From: an uncultured Chloroflexota bacterium
GTDB lineage: Bacteria; Chloroflexota; Dehalococcoidia; UBA2979
Assembly (NCBI GenBank): GCA_902827055.1
Contig: CADEHD010000002.1
Span: 1-31,404 of the forward strand
Direction: 5' to 3'
Length of the DNA: 31,404 bases
Below, piece by piece: positions 24,173-31,404 of this stretch. Every line of letters starts with the position of its first letter. The first letter of the stretch is position 1. The position numbers were made by a program, and so were the translations under genes. The notes under the pieces were generated by a model. That model had not been told where the DNA came from, did not search any database, and saw only the letters and a program-made list of their open reading frames with translations.

Positions 24173-26545
24173 CTAGACGTCGTCGAGGGCCTCGATGGCC
24201 TGTTTGATCCGTCGTTCGACACGCTCGATCTCGTCGGGCTCGTCGACGCGACGCCCGTTCTCACGCAGCACGTAGAACGCGTCCACCACCTCGGGGCCGA
24301 TCGTGTCGACCTTCGCGAGGTGGATATCGAGGGCCATGCCGCGGAGGGCGTTGGTGATCGCGAAGAGCAACCCGAGGCGGTCCGCGGTTGTCACCTCCAC
24401 GATCGAGTAGCGCTCTGACCCGACGTTGTCGACGTGGACGGTCGTCGGCACGCGCACGCGGGGGACGGCGCGATAGGCCGCGCGCGTCTCGGCCAGTCGC
24501 TCTGCCACGGGGAACTCACCTGCGAGGGCCTGGGGGACGGCCTCGAAAATGCGCGCCCAGCGACGCTCGTCGATCTCGTGCCCCAGCGCGTCGTTGACGT
24601 GCATCACCTCGATGGCGATGCCGTCGTCGCGCGTGAACGCCGAGCCACCGAGCACGTTCGCGTTGTGCACGGCCAGCGTGCCCGCGACGAGCGACAGGAT
24701 GCCGGGGCGGTCCGGCGTTACCAGGGTGAAGCGGTCGACGGAGCCGAGCGAGTCCCGGCGCGCCGCCGTGCCGCCGTGCGCCTCCTGGATCAGTGCAATG
24801 TGCTGACCGATCACCTCGGGCGGGGTGCCGAGCAGGTAGCTCGGACGGAGGCGGTCGACGTGTGCGTAGACATCAGCCTCGGCGACCTGGCCGCGCAGCG
24901 CCTCGGCGGCGCGCTGGCGGAGGATCGCGAGCGTCTCCTCCTCGGGGCGCTGGTCCGTGAGCAGATCGAGGGTGCGGACGTAGAGCCCGCGCATGAGCTG
25001 GGCCTTCCACGGGCTCCACACGTCGGGACCGCTCGCGCGGGCATCGGCGACACCCACGAGGTACAGGAGGTGGAGGAGTCGCGCGTCCCGGATCTGCTCG
25101 GCGGTCTCACGGATCACGCGACCATCGGCGATGTCGCGCCGGGTGGCTACCGTCGGGAGCAGGAGGTGCAGGCGCGCGACATCCGAGAGCCGCCGCGCCG
25201 CGGCCGCATCGAGTCCCGCGCGATTCGCGAAGCGCTCCGCGATCACGGCTCCGGCGTCGCTGTGGTCACCCTCGTGGCCCTTGCCGATGTCGTGGAGCAG
25301 TGCGGCGAGCAGGACCTCGCGCCGGTCTGGGAGCTGCCTCGCGACGGCCACCGTGTCCGTGATCTCGGTGTCGCCGTCCATGGCGAGCGCCACCTCCTCG
25401 ACGGTGCGCATGACATGGACGTCGACGGGGTGACGGTGGAACGGCGCAACGTGGGGCAGACAGCGCAACACCTCCCACTCGGGGAGTAGCCTGGTGAGCC
25501 AGGGGCTGGCCGGAAGCGGGTCGAGGCTGGATGCGCCCACCTGCTCGAGCGCCATGTAGAGCAGCTCGAGGTCGGGACCGGCCGTCGGCACGGTCACGGA
25601 CGTGCGCGTGGAGGCGGGCGACGGCTTCCCCCGGAACCGCGCCAGGAGCCCGCCAAGCCCTCCCGAGGGGGCGCGCGCGTCACCGAGCCGCGCTCGGGCG
25701 TAGGCATCCACCGTGCGCCCCGCACTGAGCAGGCTGCGCTCGAACACCGGACGCCGCACGCCGAGCCACGCGGCCACCTCGGGAGCGACGTCGCGGAGGT
25801 AGCGATCATTGCGACGCTCCGCGAGCGCGTGCAGGGCGTGCCGCCCCGAGGCCAGCACGTCGAGCGCGTCCTCGAGGTCCGCGTCGAGGCGCGGCACCTC
25901 GTTGCCCTCGACGATCGACGTGGCGAAGTCGAGCCAGCGTGCCCCCTGGAACGTGCGCAGCCCGCCACGTCCAGCCTTCAGGTCGAACTCCTGCAGTTGC
26001 CAGGGCTCGCGCGTCACCTGCTCGCGGTACTGGTCGGCCAGCGCCTGCGTCAGCCAGCCGAGGCGGCCACGCAGGAGCTTCGCGAAAGCGGCGCGCCAGC
26101 GGTCGTAGAGGGCGCGGTCACCGGCCACGAGACGGGCCGTGAGCAGCGCCGTCATCGTCTCGAGGTTGCCCCGGGCGGCCTCGAGCGCCTGGTCCACGGT
26201 CCGGATGGAGTGCCCGACCTTCAGGTCGGCATCCCACAGGGGGTAGAGGACCGCGCGCGCCCGAGTCGTATCGGCCCCCGGCACCAGCAACATCACATCG
26301 ATGTCGGAGTGTCGAAACTGCTCGCGACGCCCGTAGCCGCCGACGGCGACGACTGCGACGTCGTGCGCCTCGGCCTGCACGGCCAGGCCCTGCAGCCCCG
26401 CATCGAGGTGGTCGGCGAGGATGGTGCAGGCCTCGCGAGGCAGGAACGTGGACCCGGAACGCGCGAAGGCGCGCGTGGCAGCAGCCACGCGCGCCTCCAT
26501 GAATGGCGAGAGGGGTCCGGCGATCAACGATTCTCGAGTTGCCAT
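24173..26545 (-). CDS. glnD: PII nucleotidyltransferase / removing enzyme GlnD
   Basis: AVGGYGRRE...SDID, GGLR, HD domain ALLHDIGKG, two ACT domains (DRPGIL, DRLGLL); follows glnK. Exact start uncertain. Confidence 0.9.
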   Translation of the reverse strand: MATRESLIAGPLSPFMEARVAAATRAFARSGSTFLPREACTILADHLDAGLQGLAVQAEAHDVAVVAVGGYGRREQFRHSDIDVMLLVPGADTTRARAVLYPLWDADLKVGHSIRTVDQALEAARGNLETMTALLTARLVAGDRALYDRWRAAFAKLLRGRLGWLTQALADQYREQVTREPWQLQEFDLKAGRGGLRTFQGARWLDFATSIVEGNEVPRLDADLEDALDVLASGRHALHALAERRNDRYLRDVAPEVAAWLGVRRPVFERSLLSAGRTVDAYARARLGDARAPSGGLGGLLARFRGKPSPASTRTSVTVPTAGPDLELLYMALEQVGASSLDPLPASPWLTRLLPEWEVLRCLPHVAPFHRHPVDVHVMRTVEEVALAMDGDTEITDTVAVARQLPDRREVLLAALLHDIGKGHEGDHSDAGAVIAERFANRAGLDAAAARRLSDVARLHLLLPTVATRRDIADGRVIRETAEQIRDARLLHLLYLVGVADARASGPDVWSPWKAQLMRGLYVRTLDLLTDQRPEEETLAILRQRAAEALRGQVAEADVYAHVDRLRPSYLLGTPPEVIGQHIALIQEAHGGTAARRDSLGSVDRFTLVTPDRPGILSLVAGTLAVHNANVLGGSAFTRDDGIAIEVMHVNDALGHEIDERRWARIFEAVPQALAGEFPVAERLAETRAAYRAVPRVRVPTTVHVDNVGSERYSIVEVTTADRLGLLFAITNALRGMALDIHLAKVDTIGPEVVDAFYVLRENGRRVDEPDEIERVERRIKQAIEALDDV

Positions 26546-26579
26546 CGTGCTCGCCCTCGCCAGACCCCGCGCACTCCGT

Positions 26580-26918
26580 CTACAGGGCGTCCCGCCCACG
26601 CTCGCCGGTGCGGATGCGAATCACATCCTCGACCGCGATGACCGCGATCTTGCCATCGCCGATCGATCCGGTGCGCGCCGTCATCTCGATGGTGGAGATG
26701 ACCGCCGGGGCCAGCGAGTCATCGACCAGGACCTCGATGCGGACCTTGGGCACGAAGTCGACTTCGTACTCAGCGCCACGATACGTCTCGGTGTGCCCCG
26801 CCTGCCGCCCGAAGCCCTGGATGTTCTCCGCCGAGAGGCCGGTGACCCCGGTCTCCTTCAACGCATCCCGGATTTCCTCGAGCTTGAAGGGGTTGATGTA
26901 CGCGATGACCATCTTCAT
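26580..26918 (-). CDS. glnK: PII nitrogen regulatory protein
   Basis: GFGRQ.GHTETYRGAEY (Tyr51), PKV, TARTGSIGDGKI; downstream of amt. Confidence 0.95.
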   Translation of the reverse strand: MKMVIAYINPFKLEEIRDALKETGVTGLSAENIQGFGRQAGHTETYRGAEYEVDFVPKVRIEVLVDDSLAPAVISTIEMTARTGSIGDGKIAVIAVEDVIRIRTGERGRDAL

Positions 26919-26950
26919 GGGAATGCTTCCTCTCGTGCGCTCCCGCTCGC

Positions 26951-28201
26951 CTACTCGGCGAGGGCGTACGCCTGCTCATCGTGCAAGGTGATGTCGAGGC
27001 CTCGGCGCTCTTCCTCCTCGGTGACGCGCAGTCCGATGGTCATCTTGATGGCCATCGCGATGATGTACGAGAGCCCGAATGAGTAGACCAGGGCGATGAC
27101 GACAGACTCCAGCTGCTTGATGAACTGGTCCATGCTGCCCGCGACGGTGTTGATCTGCTCGCTGGCCAGGAAGCCCACCATCAGCGAACCGAGGATGCCC
27201 CCGACCAGGTGGACGGCGATGACATCGAGCGAGTCATCGAAGTTGAAGGCGAACTTGATCTGGAGCGCCAGGAAGCAGACCACTCCTGCCGCGAGCCCGA
27301 TCAGGATGGCACCCACCGGGGTGACAAAGCCAGCCGCCGGAGTGATGGCGACGAGCCCGGCGACGGCGCCCGAGGCGACACCGAGGGTCGTCGGGGAACC
27401 GGACCGCAGCTTCTCGACGAGCACCCAGGCCGTGGCGGCGACTGCAGCCGCGATGTGCGTGTTGACGAACGCCCACGCCGCCAGCTCGTTGGAGGCAAGC
27501 GCGGACCCGGAGTTGAAGCCGAACCAGCCGAACCACAGGATGCCCGTGCCCAGCAGAGTGAGCGGAAGGCTGTGCGGTCGGATGATCGACTGCCGCCAGC
27601 CGAGCCTCGGCCCCAGCGCGATGATCAGGGCGAGCGCCGCGGCGCCCGCGTTGATGTGCACCACCAGCCCACCGGCGAAGTCGACGGCGCCAATCGTGCT
27701 GGCGATGAAGCCACCAGTGATGCCGTCCTCGGTCGCCGTGAAGTCCCAGACCCAGTGGGCCATGGGCGAGTAGACGACGATGGACCAGATGGAGATGAAG
27801 GCCACCCACGCGCTGAACTTGATGCGCTCGGCGACCGCGCCGGCGATCAGCGCCGGGGTGATAATCGCGAACATCAGCTGGAAGACCATGATCACGGTGT
27901 CTGGGACGCCCGCGACGCCGTGCACGCCGTTGCCGCCCTCGAGGAGCGCGGTCAACCCGAGCAGGTCCATGTTGCCGATGAACGGCGCGTCACCCCCGAA
28001 GGCGAGGGAGTACCCGACCAGTACCCAGATCACGGTGATGATGCCCATGGAGATGAAGTTCTTCATGAGCATGTTCAGCACGTTCTTGGCGCGCACCATG
28101 CCGCCATAGAACAAGGCCAGCCCCGGTGTCATGAAGAGCACCAGGGCGGAACTGGTCAGCATCCATGCGATGCTGCCGCTATCCGCCGCGAATTCGTCCA
28201 T
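26951..28201 (-). CDS. amtB: Ammonium transporter
   Basis: MTPGLALFYGGMVR, FQLMFA, DFAGG.VVH, WFGWFGFN, DDSLDVIAVH; twin His and Phe gate retained. Confidence 0.95.
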   Translation of the reverse strand: MDEFAADSGSIAWMLTSSALVLFMTPGLALFYGGMVRAKNVLNMLMKNFISMGIITVIWVLVGYSLAFGGDAPFIGNMDLLGLTALLEGGNGVHGVAGVPDTVIMVFQLMFAIITPALIAGAVAERIKFSAWVAFISIWSIVVYSPMAHWVWDFTATEDGITGGFIASTIGAVDFAGGLVVHINAGAAALALIIALGPRLGWRQSIIRPHSLPLTLLGTGILWFGWFGFNSGSALASNELAAWAFVNTHIAAAVAATAWVLVEKLRSGSPTTLGVASGAVAGLVAITPAAGFVTPVGAILIGLAAGVVCFLALQIKFAFNFDDSLDVIAVHLVGGILGSLMVGFLASEQINTVAGSMDQFIKQLESVVIALVYSFGLSYIIAMAIKMTIGLRVTEEEERRGLDITLHDEQAYALAE

Positions 28202-28243
28202 TCCTGACCTCCCCGCTGGCCCCTCGCCAACTGCGGGAAGGAT

Positions 28244-28314
28244 GTCGCGCCCCTGTTTCGCCCGGTTTACTCCGTGATTTCGCGAAGGTTGCGCCTCTGT
28301 TACGGGCGTGTTTC
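28244..28314 (-). promoter_or_regulatory. Array of seven GlnR-box-like pentamers at 11-bp period upstream of amtB
   Basis: Minus strand: GAAAC-n6-GTAAC-n6-GCAAC-n6-GAAAT-n6-GTAAA-n6-GAAAC-n6-GCGAC. Confidence 0.75.
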
Positions 28315-28384
28315 GTAGGTACGGCGGCGGAGGCGCGGCGCGGCGTTCATTGCTCGGAGCGTCCGCGGGGTGTTTGAATGCCGT

Positions 28385-29395
28385 ATGGCGAGCCTACGGC
28401 AACGCACGACCGCCGGGGCGCCCTCCGCTCCTTCGGCCTCCGCGCCCCGACCGTTCCTCAAGTGGGCGGGCGGGAAGCAGCAGCTGTTGCCCGCACTGCT
28501 CGAGGCAGTGCCCGACCAGTACGAACGGTACTTCGAGCCGTTCATCGGCGGCGGCGCCCTGTTCTTCGCCCTGGCCCACGCCGAGACCGCCCACGCGAGC
28601 ATCCTCGGGGACGCGAACGCCGAGCTGATCGCCACCTACGAGGCGGTCCGCAGCGACCTCGAACCGCTGGTGCTCCGCCTGCGCCGACTTGAGCGCGCGT
28701 ACCTCGCCCAGGACTCGGACGGGCGTGCGGCGCTCTACTACCGGGTCCGCGAGTCGCGTCCTCGCGGTCGGGCCGCCATCGCGGCGCGGTTCATCTTCCT
28801 CAACAAGACCTGTTACAACGGACTGTACCGAGTGAACAGCCGCGGGCTGTTCAACGTGCCTCACGGGCGATACCGCGCCCCGAAGATCCTCGATCGCGGG
28901 GTGCTGGAGGCCGCATCGCGCGCCCTCGCAAGCGCCGAGCTGGCGTGCCGCGACTTCGAGGCGACGTGCGCAGATGCACGGGAGGGCGATTTCGTCTACT
29001 TCGACCCGCCCTTTCACCCGCTGTCGGTGACCTCGAGTTTCACTCAGTACACCTCGACGAGCTTCGGCTGGGCCGACCAGGAGCGGCTGCGGGCCGCCAT
29101 CGACCGGCTGACCGAGCGCGGGGTCCACGTGCTGCTCTCGGACTCCCCGCACCCGCGCATCGTCGACCTGTACGAGTCAGGCGGGTACGAGCTCCGGCGC
29201 ATCCCGGCACGGCGGGCGATCAACTCGAAGGCCGCGGGCCGGGGCGCCATCGACGAGCTACTGGTGGGCAATCGCGCGCTGCTCGCGAGGCGGCGCAGCC
29301 TCAGTCGTCCGACGATCCCTCCGAGTCCCGAGACCGACGACGGCTCGGCTCGAGGGACGGCGGCTCGACGCCGACGGACCGCGCGGCCTCGCTGA
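28385..29395 (+). CDS. Orphan Dam-like (D12 class) N6-adenine DNA methyltransferase
   Basis: PFLKWAGGK, YFEPFIGGGA, FLNKTCYNGLYRVN..G.FNVP.G, YFDPPF, ELLV. No partner endonuclease nearby. Target sequence not determinable from the sequence. Confidence 0.88.
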   Translation: MASLRQRTTAGAPSAPSASAPRPFLKWAGGKQQLLPALLEAVPDQYERYFEPFIGGGALFFALAHAETAHASILGDANAELIATYEAVRSDLEPLVLRLRRLERAYLAQDSDGRAALYYRVRESRPRGRAAIAARFIFLNKTCYNGLYRVNSRGLFNVPHGRYRAPKILDRGVLEAASRALASAELACRDFEATCADAREGDFVYFDPPFHPLSVTSSFTQYTSTSFGWADQERLRAAIDRLTERGVHVLLSDSPHPRIVDLYESGGYELRRIPARRAINSKAAGRGAIDELLVGNRALLARRRSLSRPTIPPSPETDDGSARGTAARRRRTARPR

Positions 29396-30383
29396 GGCCT
29401 CGCCAGGTCGCCTCATCGACGGGGATCGCGAGGGAGCGCTCTGCCGCGAACCGGCGCGACCGGTCTCCGGGCGTGAGAATCTCATCAACCCCCTCGCGGA
29501 AGGGCGGCTGCGTCACCCACCCGAGGAGCGCACTCATCCCCGCCTCGAGCACAGTGCGCCCCGCGAAGCGCTCGGGATCGAGCGCCACCACGAACAGCCC
29601 CACATCGGGCGGGGAGTCGGGCCCGGGTGGCGGGCTCCCACCGAGGAGCGTCGCCAGCGCCTCGACCGCGAGGGCCAGGCCGAAGCCCTTGTGCGCCGCG
29701 CCTCCACCCAGCGGGAGCAGCGCGCCGCCCGCGCCGAGGACGGCGGGGTCCGTCGTGGACGCGCCGTCCGAGTCGACGAGCCAGCCCTCGGGTACCCGCG
29801 CCTCCAGGCCCCGGGCGAGGCGCACCGTCCCGGCGGCGACCGCCGACGTCGCCATGTCGAGGATGAACGGGGCGTCGCGGTCGGCCGTGGGCACGCCGAA
29901 CGCCAGGGGGTTCGTGGAGAGTCGCGGCACCGCCCCACCGTGGGCCACGACGAGTGGTGCACCACTCGACATGACGATGCCGACGAGGCCCGCATCCACG
30001 GCCTGCTCCGCGTAGGCGCCGAGGCGCCCGACGTGGGCGACGCGCCGACCAGACACGACGCCCACCCCGGTAGCGCGCGCCTGCTCGATGGCGAGGCGCA
30101 TCGCGCGGCGAGCCGTGACCTGTCCGAAGCTCCACCCTCCATCGATGAGCGCCGTGCTGTCGCTGGAGCGCACCACGTCGAAGGGTGCGCCCGCGACGAT
30201 CACGCCGGTGGCCATCGCGGCGAGGTACTCAGCGACACGCACCACCCCGTGCGAGTCGTGACCGGTCAGATTGGACTCGACGAGGTGCGCCGCGACCACG
30301 GGGGCGTCGCCGTCCGGCGCGCCGCCGGCAACGAGCTCGAGCTCGACGAGGTCGAGGAGCTCGGCGGGAGCGACCTCGGGCAT
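29301..30383 (-). CDS. Ldh_2-family (malate/L-lactate/sulfolactate dehydrogenase-like) oxidoreductase
   Basis: GHDSHGV.RV..Y, DG..SFGQV, HVGRLG.Y, STNPLAFGVP, LDMATS, HKGFGL, PGDRS. Confidence 0.9.
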   Translation of the reverse strand: MPEVAPAELLDLVELELVAGGAPDGDAPVVAAHLVESNLTGHDSHGVVRVAEYLAAMATGVIVAGAPFDVVRSSDSTALIDGGWSFGQVTARRAMRLAIEQARATGVGVVSGRRVAHVGRLGAYAEQAVDAGLVGIVMSSGAPLVVAHGGAVPRLSTNPLAFGVPTADRDAPFILDMATSAVAAGTVRLARGLEARVPEGWLVDSDGASTTDPAVLGAGGALLPLGGGAAHKGFGLALAVEALATLLGGSPPPGPDSPPDVGLFVVALDPERFAGRTVLEAGMSALLGWVTQPPFREGVDEILTPGDRSRRFAAERSLAIPVDEATWRGLSEAARSVGVEPPSLEPSRRRSRDSEGSSDD

Positions 30384-30385
30384 CG

Positions 30386-31171
30386 CTAGCCCTGGACGCG
30401 CGGTACGCCCGCGCGGTCGCGAGCGGCAGCGAGGTCGGCGCCGGCCTGCCGCGCCATGAAGGCGCGGTCGGCACCGAGCATCACCATCTGGAAGCCGGCC
30501 TCGAGCCAGCGCGTGGTGAACTCGACGCTGGCGGTGTGCATGCCCGAGGCCACACCGTGGCGACGCGTCGCCTCCAGGATCTCGAGCACGGTCGTCGCGT
30601 GGCGCTCGTCATGGTTGTCGCCGGTCGGTTCGATGCCGAGCGCGTAGGCGAGGTCGGACGGGCCGATGTAGGCGCAGTCGACGCCGGGCGTCGACATGAT
30701 GTCATCGAGGTTCTGGAGCGCCTCGACCGTCTCGATCATCACGATGCAGGCGACTTCCTCGTTGGCGTGCCGCTGGTAGTCGCCGCCCGCGTACATCGCC
30801 GCCCGCGCCGGCCCCGAAGAGCGGTCGCCGGCCGGGGGATAGCGCATCGCGCGGACTGCCCGCTCGGCGTCGGCCCGGTTGTTGACCAGCGGCACGATGA
30901 CGCCGTAGGCGCCGGCATCGAGGGCGCGGCCGATGTCAGCGAAGTCGTTGCTCGGCACGCGAACGAAGGGCACCGTGTCCGTCGTCGAGATGGCCTGCAG
31001 CATGTGAAAGCAGTCCATGTAGTCGACCACGCCGTGCTGCATGTCGATGCACAACCAGTCGAAACCCTGGTGCGCCATCACCTCGGCGGTGAAGGCGGAG
31101 TTGATCGTGAGCCAACCGCCGATGGTCTGACGGCCCTCTCGCCACGCGCGGAGGACGGGATTCGGTCGCAT
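30386..31171 (-). CDS. HpcH/HpaI-family class II aldolase
   Basis: GFDWLCIDMQHG, VRVP, LDAGAYGVIVP, RYPPAG.RS, MIET, YIGPSDL. Confidence 0.9.
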   Translation of the reverse strand: MRPNPVLRAWREGRQTIGGWLTINSAFTAEVMAHQGFDWLCIDMQHGVVDYMDCFHMLQAISTTDTVPFVRVPSNDFADIGRALDAGAYGVIVPLVNNRADAERAVRAMRYPPAGDRSSGPARAAMYAGGDYQRHANEEVACIVMIETVEALQNLDDIMSTPGVDCAYIGPSDLAYALGIEPTGDNHDERHATTVLEILEATRRHGVASGMHTASVEFTTRWLEAGFQMVMLGADRAFMARQAGADLAAARDRAGVPRVQG

Positions 31172-31344
31172 CGATGCAGCTCCTTGACGGTCGCTCGGGT
31201 GCGCGGAGGATACAGGACCGTCCGTGGCAGACCTGGGGAGCCGACGGAACTCGCAACCCGGCTGCCACCGAACACATGTACGGACTGGCGAGCCCGCGCT
31301 ATCCTCGGGGCCTCCCCACCGGCAACGTGGACCAGGCGGCGGCC

Positions 31345-31404
31345 ATGGGCTGGTACGACGTGATCGAGACGCCCGGGGGCCAGCCCTTCGTGGACGGGTC
31401 CCCC
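31345..31404 (+). CDS. 5' fragment of a CDS running off the window
   Basis: MGWYDVIETPGGQPFVDGSP; TATCCT at 31300-31305 upstream. Weak resemblance to Ogt-type N-termini, but too short to assign. Confidence 0.4.
   Translation, partial: MGWYDVIETPGGQPFVDGSP

Noticed and set aside
1-31404. CRISPR array, tRNA/rRNA, IS/integrase, prophage or defence island
   Set aside because: No spaced direct repeats, RNA gene signatures or mobility genes seen; the methylase is solitary.

Overview
A very GC-rich bacterial chromosomal window with about 35 CDSs. I found no rRNA, tRNA, CRISPR array, integrase or transposase. The gene mix resembles high-GC Chloroflexota (Dehalococcoidia-like) or possibly Actinomycetota; this is inference only. 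Left to right: (1) a minus-strand run of acyl-CoA catabolism genes (thiolase-fold protein lacking the nucleophile Cys, DUF35 OB-fold, acyl-CoA ligase, Cys-cluster protein, two hot-dog hydratase subunits, double-domain family III CoA-transferase), interrupted by a coupled nucleotidyltransferase + SAM methyltransferase pair; (2) an ArsR-SRPBCC-small protein operon with a clear promoter and operator; (3) a metallophosphoesterase, ClpS, an LhgO-like oxidoreductase and a 37-aa ORF missing from the track; (4) two tandem degenerate OmpR/KdpE-like regulators with no kinase, then a class F sortase, an SCO1664-like kinase, a phosphotriesterase-like hydrolase, a DehI-like protein and a surface lamin-tail protein; (5) crotonyl-CoA carboxylase/reductase and a PAS-GGDEF-degenerate EAL protein; (6) amtB-glnK-glnD preceded by seven GlnR-box-like pentamers at exact 11-bp spacing; (7) an orphan Dam-like methylase, an Ldh_2 oxidoreductase and an HpcH aldolase. 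Family calls come from motifs read by eye; no database search was run. Most long ORFs in the supplied track are antisense or off-frame shadows, and many starts were re-picked.
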